Shown here in pieces: positions 29,424 through 38,915 of a DNA stretch of 64,000 bases. Origin of the DNA: Rhodothermales bacterium. GTDB taxonomy: Bacteria; Bacteroidota; Rhodothermia; Rhodothermales; VXPQ01. The notes under the pieces are model-generated. The model did no database searches. It saw nothing but the letters and a program-made list of their open reading frames with translations, and was not told where the DNA came from. Location: the NCBI GenBank assembly GCA_040904565.1, contig JBBDTI010000030.1, positions 59,772-123,771 on the forward strand, read 5' to 3'. The position numbers and the translations under genes were made by a program. The first letter of the stretch is position 1, and the number at the start of each line of letters is the position of its first letter.

Positions 29424-30542
29424 TCACGACGTCTCCACACGCTCTTTATCTGCCGTACAGGGAATGGTAAACGAGAAGGTGCTCCCTTCGCCCACTGTGC
29501 TCTCCGCCCAGATCCTGCCGCCGTGAGCTTCAACGATGTACCTGGAGATGTATAGGCCGAGGCCCAGGCCTTTCTGATCGTTCTGGTCGACCTGCCAGAA
29601 CCGCTCAAAGACGGCCGTCAGCATGTCGTCGCGAATACCGCATCCCGTGTCGCTGACGGAAACCAGGACCTCATCGCCGGCGAGTTCGCCACGCACCCGG
29701 ATACTGCCGCCCTTAAACGAGAACGTGATGGCGTTCGTGATGAGATTGGCCAGCACCTGAAGCATCCGGTCGTAATCGAATTGCGCCGGGATGTATTGCT
29801 GGGTCATCTCCGCTTTAAGAGTGATCCCCTTCGCCAATGCGGGAGCCTCGAACATCTCCACGGCCTCGGCGATGAGTTTTGCCGCATCTGCCTGTTCCGG
29901 CACCACCCGAAGTTTACCGGCATTGATGCGCGTGACGTCAACCAGGTCCCCGATGAGCCGGTTCATACGGGCCGTGAAGCGTTCGATTCGGTTCGTTTCG
30001 ACGAGGATCTTCTTTCCTTCCTCATTGCTCGTGACGCGCCTGGCGATATTCCTGACGCTCATCGCGATTCCGCCAAGGAGGTTGCGCAGATCGTGGCTCG
30101 CAATGCCCATAAAGTCGTCGCGATTAGAAAGGGCGTCATCGGAACGAGCGCGCTCGATCAGGAGATTCCTGTCGGTCTTGCTCCTTTCGAGCGGCAGCAG
30201 CGTTTTGAGCGCGCGCGCAACCTCTTCGCGTTCGCGCCGAAGGCTCTCGTCTGCAAAGGCGCGCTCATCCTGGAGGGCTTCGTCTTCAAGCTCTCGGGCT
30301 TCGACGACGGCGGCGTTCGACTCTTTTCCCTGCCCTGTTCCCGCCTGTTTCTTGTCCGCCCTGTCGCGCGCGGCGTTTACGTTAGCATCCGATTCCTCCC
30401 GGGAATGACGAACCCATTCATCGGCGTCGTCTTCGACGACCTGCTGCTCCTCGATCACGCGATCCACCTTTTCACGTTCACTACGGAGGCTTTCGTCCGT
30501 ACGCTCACGGACTTCCGAGGCGTTTTTCTCTTCGTCAGCCAT
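29424..30542 (-). CDS. Soluble sensor histidine kinase
   Basis: H-box ASHDLRN, N-box NLITNA, DTGCGI, GLGLGLYI, GEGSTF; charged N-terminus with no TM. Start placed at MADEEK. Confidence 0.92.
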   Translation of the reverse strand: MADEEKNASEVRERTDESLRSEREKVDRVIEEQQVVEDDADEWVRHSREESDANVNAARDRADKKQAGTGQGKESNAAVVEARELEDEALQDERAFADESLRREREEVARALKTLLPLERSKTDRNLLIERARSDDALSNRDDFMGIASHDLRNLLGGIAMSVRNIARRVTSNEEGKKILVETNRIERFTARMNRLIGDLVDVTRINAGKLRVVPEQADAAKLIAEAVEMFEAPALAKGITLKAEMTQQYIPAQFDYDRMLQVLANLITNAITFSFKGGSIRVRGELAGDEVLVSVSDTGCGIRDDMLTAVFERFWQVDQNDQKGLGLGLYISRYIVEAHGGRIWAESTVGEGSTFSFTIPCTADKERVETS

Positions 30543-30783
30543 ACGAAATCTCGTCTCTGCGCACCAATGCACACTCTGATAACCGGTGATCGCCGCTGTA
30601 TCCGTGTCATCCCAGTTATGGCTGAGAACTAACGCAGCCAGCAATTTTCAGGATTGAAGATACCACCCACCCAATTGTTTCGGCGCCGCAAGTGTTTTGA
30701 ACCGTACTTAGTATCGGTTGATTTTACAGGATAGAAGGGACTGACAATAAAGAGCTTGCAGAAAATCTTTCGATCATCGAGCC

Positions 30784-33009
30784 CTACGCCAGCGCGGCCG
30801 ATACCCGCTCCGGCGTGAACGGAATACGGCGAAGGCGCACGCCGGTCAGGGCGGCGAACGCATTGGCTACGGCGCCGCCTACGAGTGGGAGGCTTGATTC
30901 ACCCAGTCCGGAGGGATGCTCCTCGGACGCCACGAAGCGCACGTCAACCTCGGGCATGCCGGACATCCGCAGTACGGGATAGTCGGTAAAGTTCGACTGT
31001 TGCACCCGGCCGTTCTTGAAGGTGACGCTCTCGTACAGGATGCTGCTCAAACCGTGCGCGATGCCGCCCTCGATCTGCGCCAGCGCGCTGTCGGGCTGCA
31101 CGATGATGCCCCCATCGAGGGCGACCCAGAACCGGTGCACGCGGATCCGTCCGGACGAGCGGTCCACCGAGATTTCTGCCACGCCGGCCCCCAGCGAGCC
31201 GCTCTGCTCGGCGAACGCGATGCCGCGGGCGCGTCCGTCCGGCACGGCGCTGCCCCAGTCGGCCATCTCCGCGACGGTGTCCAGCACCGTGCGGGCGCGC
31301 GGCGCCCGCTGCATCAAACGGCGGCGGAAGTCGTAGGGATCTGCGCCCTGATCCGCGGCGATCTCGTCGAGGAAGGCCTCGATGGCGAACTTGTTGAATC
31401 CGTGTCCGACCGAGCGCCAGTAGTGAAGCCGCACGCCCGTGTCGACCGCGCAGCGCTCGATGGCCTGGTTCGGGATGTCGTAGAACGGGATCTCGATGCC
31501 GGAAGTGAGGAGTCCACCGCCGTCCCCGACAATGCAGTGCCGCCACGCTGTTACGTTGCCGTCGTCGTCGACGCCGGCCCAGAGGCGCTGCAGGTTCATC
31601 GGCCTGAACATCCCATAATGCAGGTCGTCCTCCCGCGTCCAGATCAGCTTGACGGGGCGGCGCACTTCGCGCGAGAGTCGCACGGCCTCCACCACGAAAT
31701 CCGAATTCGACCGGCGGCCGAAACCGCCGCCCAGGAGACGCCGGTGGATCGTCACGGCCGACTCGTCGACGCCGGCGATGCGCGCCGCCTCGCTCTTTAC
31801 ATCCTCGGGCGACTGCGTGCCGACCCAGATTTCGACGCCGTCGTCGCGCACGGACGCCACGGCGTTGAGCGGCTCCATCTGCGCGTGATAGACGTGATCG
31901 CTGAGAAAATCGGCTTCGTATCGCTTCGCGGCTTCGTCGAGTGCGGCCGTGGCGTCGCCCTGCCGGTTGACCGCCTCGGCCAGTTCCTCCCGGCCGGCCA
32001 TGTCGGCGTACTCGGCGAGCCTGGCCTCACTGTCGAATTGCTCGGCCGGCGCACCCGGCTCCCAGTTAATCTCCAGCGCCTCGCGCGCCTTCATCACGTC
32101 CTCGATCGATTCAGCAATGATGCCGACCCCGTGATCCAGGCGGGCGGTCGTCGTCACACCGGGCATCGCGCGTATCGCGGCTTCGTTGTAGGAGGCGGGC
32201 GTGCCGTAGTGCACGGGCGAGCGGGTCACCATGCCGTAGACCATCCCGTCGACGTGTTCGTCGATGGCGAATCGCGCGCTGCCGTCCGTCTTGGCGGGGA
32301 TGTCGATGCGGGGGACTGAGCGTCCGATCAGGCGGAAGTCCTGCGGCGATTTCAGAAGCGTCTCGGAAACGTCCGGCATCTCGGTCGGCACTTCCGCGAA
32401 GGCGGCGATCTCGCCGTACGTCAGCCGGCGGCCGCTGGGCGTGTGGATCACCACGCTCGGTTCGGTCGTCAGCTCGTTGATCGGGACGTCAAGCCGGCGC
32501 GCGGCATCTTCCAGCAACACACGACGAATCTGCGCGCCCACGAGGCGGAGCTGCGTGAAATATGAGTTCACCGTTCGGCTTCCGACGGTCATCATGCTCC
32601 TCGAGCCGCCCCAGGCCGGACTGCCGTAGACGTCGCCGTCGACGGGAGCGTCGTCTACGCGGACATCCGCCCAGTCGGCGTCCATCTCTTCGGCGATCAA
32701 GACGGGCAGGGCGGTCTTGGAGCCCTGCCCCATTTCGGCGGCCGGATTCAGAATGAGAATGCCGCCGTCCGCGTCGATGGTGACCCACGCGCCGACACCT
32801 GTCGACGATTGCGGTGGCATATAGCTGGTGGCCGTCTGCGCGACGGCCCGCATGCCGGTACGTCCGGCGACGACCGCAAAGGCGAGTCCGGTGCCTGCCG
32901 TCCTCAAAAAGTCACGCCGGGAATAGCCGGCGGCATCTTGCCGTGTCGCGGATACGTCGCGGCCGGCACGTCCCGCCGATTCCCGATTCTTTTCTCCAAT
33001 GGTCGGCAT
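30784..33009 (-). CDS. iorB: Isoquinoline 1-oxidoreductase beta-like molybdopterin subunit, Tat-exported
   Basis: SRRDFL Tat motif, AEMGQG, HAQMEP, LGGGFGRR, WTREDD, QIEGG, GLGE. Confidence 0.9.
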   Translation of the reverse strand: MPTIGEKNRESAGRAGRDVSATRQDAAGYSRRDFLRTAGTGLAFAVVAGRTGMRAVAQTATSYMPPQSSTGVGAWVTIDADGGILILNPAAEMGQGSKTALPVLIAEEMDADWADVRVDDAPVDGDVYGSPAWGGSRSMMTVGSRTVNSYFTQLRLVGAQIRRVLLEDAARRLDVPINELTTEPSVVIHTPSGRRLTYGEIAAFAEVPTEMPDVSETLLKSPQDFRLIGRSVPRIDIPAKTDGSARFAIDEHVDGMVYGMVTRSPVHYGTPASYNEAAIRAMPGVTTTARLDHGVGIIAESIEDVMKAREALEINWEPGAPAEQFDSEARLAEYADMAGREELAEAVNRQGDATAALDEAAKRYEADFLSDHVYHAQMEPLNAVASVRDDGVEIWVGTQSPEDVKSEAARIAGVDESAVTIHRRLLGGGFGRRSNSDFVVEAVRLSREVRRPVKLIWTREDDLHYGMFRPMNLQRLWAGVDDDGNVTAWRHCIVGDGGGLLTSGIEIPFYDIPNQAIERCAVDTGVRLHYWRSVGHGFNKFAIEAFLDEIAADQGADPYDFRRRLMQRAPRARTVLDTVAEMADWGSAVPDGRARGIAFAEQSGSLGAGVAEISVDRSSGRIRVHRFWVALDGGIIVQPDSALAQIEGGIAHGLSSILYESVTFKNGRVQQSNFTDYPVLRMSGMPEVDVRFVASEEHPSGLGESSLPLVGGAVANAFAALTGVRLRRIPFTPERVSAALA

Positions 33010-33012
33010 GGC

Positions 33013-33479
33013 TCAGCCCTCCTCTACGGCGCGTTCGATGGCACTCAGGATGCGTTTGTACGTGCCGCATCGACAGATGACGGCGTCCATGTGGCTCACG
33101 ATCTCCTCGCGAGAGGGTGCGGCGTTTTGCTTCAGCAGCGCGGCGGCCTGCATGATCTGGCCGGACTGGCAGTAGCCGCACTGCGGCACCTGCTCTTCGA
33201 TCCAGGCCTTCTGGAGCGGATGACTCCGGTCGGGGGACAGCCCTTCGATGGTCGTGACGGCGCGTCCCTCGACACCCGAGACCGGCTGCAGGCAGGCCCG
33301 CGTGGGCGCGTCGTCGATGTGGACCGTGCAGGCGCCGCACGCTCCGACGCCGCATCCGTCGTCCCGGTCAGCAGCAGGTGCTCGCGGAGCACCCAGAGCA
33401 GCGGGAGGTCGCCGGGCGCATCCACGGAGACCTCTTCGCCGTTGAGGTGAAAGTGGATGAGTTGAGAGCGGATCGCCAT
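33013..33479 (-). pseudogene. iorA: (2Fe-2S) subunit of the same oxidoreductase, frameshifted near 33360
   Basis: [14 protein letters not shown], then a frame change to [27 protein letters not shown]; about 4 nt are missing from the usual TGTKYGC. Confidence 0.88.
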
Positions 33480-33801
33480 GGGAGCACCCCTCATGAATCG
33501 GGATTCAGACGCGGTTGGTTTCGAAATCCGTGGCGCAAGGTGAGGACGGAGGTATTCGCGCCGGGAACTGCTCCATCAAAGGTCGCGACGTGGGCGGTGC
33601 GGTGCAAGTAAAATCGAGTTGTGGTCGGAGCTTCTGTGCGCGACCGTTGTTCACGCCCCAACTCGGGGTTCCACTCATTTTTCCACGACGAAGGTTCTGC
33701 GGATCGTGGTCTTGAGATGGCGTTCGTAGCCGGCGTGGCTGCTTGCGGCCCAGCAGGAGTTCGCCTGACCGTGAGGTCTACATATATGGGGGTGTAAAGT
33801 T

Positions 33802-34266
33802 ATGACGCAAATGCTGGAATGGATGATGCTCCACGTGCGGTGGGCCGACCGCCGAACGGAGGCCTCGCTGCGTGCGTTTTCCTCCATCCCGGACGAGGCG
33901 ATCCGGTTGTTCGCCCACGTGGCGACGGCGGAACGGATTTACATACTTCGGATGCGAGGCGAGGACCCGTTCCCGCAAGACTTCTGGCCGGACCTTACGC
34001 TCGACGAGGCCGCACGTACGGCATCCGAGGCCGGCGACGCGCTCCTGCCGTTCGTCCGGGAGAGCAGCGACGTCCAACTCCAGGCGCCGGTTCGCTACCG
34101 CAACAGCAAGGGCACATACTTCAAGACGCCGCTGGTGCAGATGCTAATGCACCTGTCGCACCATGGGGAGCATCATCGAGGTCAGATCGCTAGGATCATC
34201 AGGGAAGCGGGGGGCATCCCTGCGGTGACGGATTTTATCTCTTTCGTGCGAGAAGAGCATCCGTAG
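33802..34266 (+). CDS. DinB family protein
   Basis: FAHVATAE, VRYRNSKG, HLSHHGEHHRGQI. Confidence 0.9.
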   Translation: MTQMLEWMMLHVRWADRRTEASLRAFSSIPDEAIRLFAHVATAERIYILRMRGEDPFPQDFWPDLTLDEAARTASEAGDALLPFVRESSDVQLQAPVRYRNSKGTYFKTPLVQMLMHLSHHGEHHRGQIARIIREAGGIPAVTDFISFVREEHP

Positions 34267-34426
34267 CCTAATCGTAGGCATATCCCCGCGCCGCAGGCTG
34301 TGAGCCTGGCTTCCCCCGGGGAGCATGACGGCAAGATGTTGCACTTCGGCGTCCGGAACAGCGGGCGGCAGTCCGCCCGATACACGCACGGCAACGCCGT
34401 CGGTCGGCGTGCGTATATTGCAATGG

Positions 34427-34879
34427 ATGGAAAAGCACACGCCGATATCAGATGGGAAGGGCCCGTCTTTAGCCGAAGCCGAGCGTTTTGAGACGATCGT
34501 AGAGATGCTGCGGCGTGCCGTTCCGTTGGTGCAGGCGATCTATCTCTTCGGTTCGCAGGCAAAGGGTCGCGTCCATCGGGAGAGCGACATCGATCTGGCG
34601 ATCCTCGCGCCGGAGCCGGTCGCTCCGGAAGACCGTCTTGACGTACAGGAGGAGCTTTCCGTTCGGTTCCGATCCGACGTCGATCTCGTCGACCTCATGT
34701 CGGCATCAACGGTCATGCGGATGCAGGTCGTCACCACCGGCAGCCTGCTCTTCGAAGACGAGCCGGCCGTGCGGCACTTCTTCGAGATGCGGACGCTGTC
34801 CGCGTATGCTCTGCTCAATGAGGAGCGCACCGGGCTACTGGAGCACGTCCGTCGTCGGGGGCGCATCTATGGTCGATGA
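34427..34879 (+). CDS. mntA: Type VII TA antitoxin, MntA-like nucleotidyltransferase
   Basis: YLFGSQAKG..ESDIDLA (GSx10DxD), VDLVDL; overlaps the HEPN gene. Confidence 0.88.
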   Translation: MEKHTPISDGKGPSLAEAERFETIVEMLRRAVPLVQAIYLFGSQAKGRVHRESDIDLAILAPEPVAPEDRLDVQEELSVRFRSDVDLVDLMSASTVMRMQVVTTGSLLFEDEPAVRHFFEMRTLSAYALLNEERTGLLEHVRRRGRIYGR

Positions 34880-35291
34880 CGTGCTCACCAACAAGGTCGC
34901 TGCGATCGAGCGGAGCCTCGATAGGATAGAGGAGGAGTACTCCGGAGACCTACGCAACCTCTATGACAACATCACACGGCAGGATTCCATCGTATTGAAC
35001 CTGCAGCGTGCCTGTCAATCAGCGATCGACCTTGCGATGCACGTCGTTCAGATCCACGGGCTCGGTGTGCCGCAAGAAAGTCGCGATGCGTTCGCGTTCC
35101 TTGTCGACGAGGGACTGCTCGATCAGGAGCTGGGTGATCGTATGATGAGAATGGTAGGGTTCCGCGATATCGCAGTACATGAATATCAGCGGATCAACCT
35201 GGATGTGGTGAAATCAATTCTCGATAATCGGCTCGACGATTTTCGCAGCTTCGCCTCGGTCGTCCTGCAAACAAGAGGATTCCGGACGTGA
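34869..35291 (+). CDS. hepT: Type VII TA toxin, HepT-like HEPN RNase (DUF86)
   Basis: LNLQRACQSAIDLA, GFRDIAVHEY (Rx4H followed by the conserved Tyr). Confidence 0.9.
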   Translation: MVDDVLTNKVAAIERSLDRIEEEYSGDLRNLYDNITRQDSIVLNLQRACQSAIDLAMHVVQIHGLGVPQESRDAFAFLVDEGLLDQELGDRMMRMVGFRDIAVHEYQRINLDVVKSILDNRLDDFRSFASVVLQTRGFRT

Positions 35292-35447
35292 GTTCGCGGA
35301 ATGGGCCACAGGGCGGTCGTCAAGCGGGCTGCCGGCTATCCGGCCACGTGGGGTCGGGAAAAGATCTGGACTGGACGTTACGGCCAGACTCCGAGCGTGT
35401 CTTTTATAGCGTCGGCATCGTGAACCGTACGGACACAAGCAGCGTAG

Positions 35448-35768
35448 ATGGATAGACGGAAGATCAAAAAGGACCTGCTCCATTCCGGTTTCGCTGACAT
35501 GCAGAGCGAGGCGCTGTCCTATCTGTTCGCCGAAATGGCGACGAAGGAGGATGTCCGAGAGCTCCGCTCGGAGATGCATGGTGAATTCCGTGCCGTCCGC
35601 GGGGAGATGCAGGTTATGAAGGCAGAGATGCACGCCGACATATCGGATTTGGGCAAGCAATTGATGGACGCCATTGCGTCCTATCAAAACAGGCTCTTCA
35701 CGCACGTTCTCGCGCTGATTGGCGCGCTCACGGCGATCATGACGCTGCTCCTGCTCCTGATTCGGTGA
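35448..35768 (+). CDS. Small coiled-coil protein with C-terminal TM (DUF1640/CCDC90-like)
   Basis: GF..MQSEAL, MATKEDV, heptad xRxEM repeats, hydrophobic C-terminus. Confidence 0.7.
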   Translation: MDRRKIKKDLLHSGFADMQSEALSYLFAEMATKEDVRELRSEMHGEFRAVRGEMQVMKAEMHADISDLGKQLMDAIASYQNRLFTHVLALIGALTAIMTLLLLLIR

Positions 35769-35840
35769 GACGAGGCTTCTGTCAAGAGTTGCTTCCGGCA
35801 CGAGTCAACGTCGCGACGGTTGCCCGGGGCCACGTCGCTG

Positions 35841-36469
35841 TTACGGCCCCAGCAGGGCCAGTGGAACGACGGCGACCCCGTCGCGGCGGCGGTAGGCCTG
35901 CGGGCCGGTCGTTACGATTACGGCGTCGAGCAGGTCGTTGCCTAGACGATCCCGAAGCCAGAGTAGATGCCGAACATCCGCGTCATCCGCCGTGCGGCTC
36001 AGCTTGATCTCGAAGGCGACGACGCGCTGATCGTCCCGCTCGACGATCAGGTCCACTTCCTGCCGCCCGCCAGCCGTTCGAAGATGGCCCACCGTCGCTT
36101 CAGCACCCTGGGCGTAGACGCGGATGGAAAGCGCGGCGAGGGATTCGAACAAATGGCCGAGTAGCGTTCCGTCGCGGGGTATGGCCGGGCCGGAGCTCCG
36201 GAGTCCACCGCGCGTCGTACGCTGTCCCACACCGCGGGTACGCGCTGCCATTCATCGAGCAGGACGGGCGGATCCCCCTGAAGGAGCTGTTCCGGGTCCG
36301 CCTCGGCTATGGCCTGCTGTGCCGGGTCGTCGAGCCTATAGACGGTGACCGCCCGCTGTAACGCCGTTTCGGTCTTGCCAACTCCCCTGGCACCTTCCAG
36401 GGCTACGGCCGGAAGCGCAGGCAAGAGCTCGTCTAGCTCATCGTCAACAATGCGTCGGAGGTAGGACAT
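35841..36469 (-). pseudogene. AAA_14 + DUF4143 ATPase with a large internal deletion
   Basis: N-terminus GARGVGKT..LLDEWQ..WDSVRR joined out of frame near 36190 to the C-terminus GHLFES..EVDLIVE..FEIK. Confidence 0.88.
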
Positions 36470-36502
36470 TCGCCGGCTGATGTACCTGAGGGTGACACGC
36501 GT

Positions 36503-36583
36503 TACCCTACCGATAGGAGGGAATATACACTACCGACGTGAGACTATCTACACTACCGATATGCACGGATGTACACTACCATT
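36503..36583. repeat. Four direct repeats TAC(A/C)CTACC with exact 23-bp period
   Basis: Units start at 36503, 36526, 36549 and 36572, just upstream of the DUF4143 ATPase start. Confidence 0.85.
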
Positions 36584-36671
36584 ACGATCTTTCTGAGACG
36601 ATCCCCTCCTTCCGCCAGGCCGCCGTCATTCCGGGGTGATTTCCGTGATGGGAACCCGTGATCGCGACATA

Positions 36672-36690
36672 TGTTACTACGCCTGTTACA
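36672..36690. promoter_or_regulatory. Putative Rrf2 operator (TGTTA-N9-TTACA)
   Basis: Imperfect palindrome upstream of the Rrf2 gene; a similar box precedes doxX. Confidence 0.55.
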
Positions 36691-36715
36691 CATTGACTTT
36701 CTTGATGGATTTGTG

Positions 36716-37153
36716 ATGACCAGCAGCCGATTCGCCGTGGGCGTGCACATCCTCGCCCTCCTGCAGGAGGGAGGGGGTGAGCCGGTTACGTCCGAATACA
36801 TTGCCGGCAGCGTGAACACGAATCCGGCCGTCGTGCGCCGGATCCTGTCCATGCTCGCCGAGGCCGGCATCACGACGTCGCGTCTCGGCGCCGGCGGCGG
36901 CGCACTTCTCGCCCGCCCGGCCTCAGGGATCACGCTGCTGGAGGTCTTCAAGGCCGTCGAAGGATGCGAGATTTTTGCCATGCATCGCGGCGAGCCCAAC
37001 CAGGCCTGTCCGGTCGGGCGCCACATCCGGTCCGTACTGGAGGAGGTTACCGGTGCCGCTCAGCGTGCCCTCGAGGCAGAACTCGGCGATCGGACGGTTT
37101 CCGACGTCGTCCAGGGCGTGAAGTCGCACGATCGCGTGACACCGGCATCGTAG
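36716..37153 (+). CDS. Rrf2 family regulator (non-Fe-S, YwnA/SifR/HypR-like)
   Basis: SSRFAVGVHIL, SVNTNPAVVRR, GAGGGALLAR, PNQACPVG; lacks the three-Cys cluster motif. Confidence 0.92.
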   Translation: MTSSRFAVGVHILALLQEGGGEPVTSEYIAGSVNTNPAVVRRILSMLAEAGITTSRLGAGGGALLARPASGITLLEVFKAVEGCEIFAMHRGEPNQACPVGRHIRSVLEEVTGAAQRALEAELGDRTVSDVVQGVKSHDRVTPAS

Positions 37154-37178
37154 ACCGGTAAAAAAATTTCCATGTAAC

Positions 37179-37197
37179 TGTAGTCATATTGGTTACA
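37179..37197. promoter_or_regulatory. Putative Rrf2 operator (TGTAG-N9-TTACA)
   Basis: Imperfect palindrome in the AT-rich gap before doxX. Confidence 0.6.
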
Positions 37198-37251
37198 CAG
37201 TAACATATTCGTAGAATCACCAGAACGATCATCCATTCAGAGACACCTACC

Positions 37252-37704
37252 ATGGCCAACGCAACTTCGACCTCATCACCTAGCGACGACGCAGGACGCG
37301 TAATGAAAAATCTGATCCCTGAATCCGTCGCCGGCGCTCTCTACACGCTGCTCCGCGTCGGTGCCGGACTGCTATTCATGCAGCACGGCGCTCAGAAGCT
37401 CTTCGGATGGCTGGGTGGCTTCGGCGGCGAGCCCGGCGCTACGGCGGAACTCTTCTCGCTGATGGGCCTCGCCGGAGTGCTCGAATTTTTTGGCGGAGCG
37501 CTCGTCGCCCTCGGACTCTTGACCGTTCCGGTCGCCGCGATTCTGTCGCTTCAGATGGTGGTCGCCTTTTTCATGGCCCACGTTCCGCAGGGATGGGCAC
37601 CCATCCAGAACGGAGGGGAGCCCGCGCTGCTCTTTGCCCTGATCTTCGCCTACGTGGCGGCACGGGGAAGCGGTCCGGTTAGCCTCGACCGGCGTCTGAA
37701 ATAG
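37252..37704 (+). CDS. DoxX family membrane protein
   Basis: LLRVGAGLLFMQHGAQKLFG, EFFGG, GSGPVSLD. Confidence 0.92.
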   Translation: MANATSTSSPSDDAGRVMKNLIPESVAGALYTLLRVGAGLLFMQHGAQKLFGWLGGFGGEPGATAELFSLMGLAGVLEFFGGALVALGLLTVPVAAILSLQMVVAFFMAHVPQGWAPIQNGGEPALLFALIFAYVAARGSGPVSLDRRLK

Positions 37705-37746
37705 CAGCGGTATTCGCGCATCCATCCAACCAGTAGAAACAGGTTC

Positions 37747-37911
37747 ATGACTGGAGTAACCGGAGCAACCGGCCATCTCGGCCGGCTCGTCATCGAAGCA
37801 CTTCTCGAGCGAGGCGTGGAGCCCTCGGGCGTCGCACAGGCTCGCGCTAAAATCGTCGACCGCGACATCTCGGAAGGATCGAATCGATCGCTGCTCAGTC
37901 CTATCGTATGA
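37747..37911 (+). pseudogene. 5' remnant of an NmrA/QorB-like NAD(P)H oxidoreductase
   Basis: MTGVTGATGHLGRLVIEALLERGV; similarity is lost after about 30 codons. Confidence 0.75.
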
Positions 37912-37941
37912 GTAGATGGTGGCATGTCCTTCTGGTGAGCT

Positions 37942-38820
37942 ATGACGTGCGATAAATGGTTTCTGTTTGCGGCGGGGCTGGCCTTGGGGCTCATCGCCGG
38001 AGGGTGTGATTGGGCGGGCCCGGATGCATCGGGTGAGCGTGGTGGATCCGATCTGAATGACGTCCTCAACGACCGTCTGCCTCTGGCGGACAGTCCGGCT
38101 CGCATCTTCTGTGACCTCTCGCATTTCGACATCAACCTGCCGGGCGGGTTCGGGCCGGATCCGTCGATCGAGACGGATACAGGTTGCGGCGTGCGGTTGA
38201 CGCGGAGCGTGGAGTCGCAGGCGATGGCGATCTATCTCGGTAACCCGATCGCCCTGGAGGAGGACGGGTCGTTCCGGACCCACTTCAGTTTTCGCATCCA
38301 TGGGGCCGGCGGAGCGGAAGATGACGACGGTCCGGGAGCGGACGGCTTCGTGTTCGTGCTTCAGCGTGCCGCCGCCAGTGCCCTGGGCGTGGGAGGAGGA
38401 TCGCTGGGCTACGGAAGGATCTGGGCGAGCGCGGGCGTCGAGTTCGACACGTACTCGAACCACGGCCTGCATGCGGGCGACGAGTTCATCAACGATCCGG
38501 ACGGCAATCACGTCGGCATCAACGTGGAGGGGTCACTCGAGTCGCTGGAGACGGCGTCCGTTCCCAAGCGATTGAACGATGGTGACGTTTGGTGGGTGTG
38601 GATCGATTACGACGGGCAGGTGGAGCAGCTCAGCGTGCGGCTCTCCGAATCCGAGGAGCGTCCGGCCGACGCGCTTCTTTCGGCGGAGATAGACATCCCG
38701 GGCGTGCTGGGGGGCACGACGGCGTGGATCGGCTTTACGGCCGCCACGGGAGGCGGCTACCAGCGGCACGACATTCTGTCCTGGCAGTTTCAAACCGAGG
38801 GCCGGAGTATCGCGGAATAG
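37942..38820 (+). CDS. L-type (legume) lectin domain lipoprotein
   Basis: Lipobox-like IAGG|C; GADGFVFVLQ, GVEFDTY, NHVGI, VWIDYDG, WIGFTAATGG, HDILSW. Confidence 0.88.
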   Translation: MTCDKWFLFAAGLALGLIAGGCDWAGPDASGERGGSDLNDVLNDRLPLADSPARIFCDLSHFDINLPGGFGPDPSIETDTGCGVRLTRSVESQAMAIYLGNPIALEEDGSFRTHFSFRIHGAGGAEDDDGPGADGFVFVLQRAAASALGVGGGSLGYGRIWASAGVEFDTYSNHGLHAGDEFINDPDGNHVGINVEGSLESLETASVPKRLNDGDVWWVWIDYDGQVEQLSVRLSESEERPADALLSAEIDIPGVLGGTTAWIGFTAATGGGYQRHDILSWQFQTEGRSIAE

Positions 38821-38915
38821 CCCGATCTCTTGCAGCCATGCCACCGCGCCGGTTCCGAACGCATCTTCAATGCTGGTAAGACGGCGGCGGTCGATCGCCG
38901 GGAGAACCGACGCCG

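Noticed and set aside
30916-32319. Long antisense ORFs (also 44890-46047, 50831-52114, 59762-61180, 61815-62978)
   Set aside because: They shadow well-supported genes on the other strand, as expected in high-GC DNA, and show no protein motifs
35160-35190. HepT motif RDIAVH as a sign of inactivation
   Set aside because: Asp is an accepted residue at that position of the HEPN Rx4H motif
36503-36583. Possible mini-CRISPR array
   Set aside because: Repeats of about 12 bp and spacers of about 11 bp are far too short, and no cas genes are present
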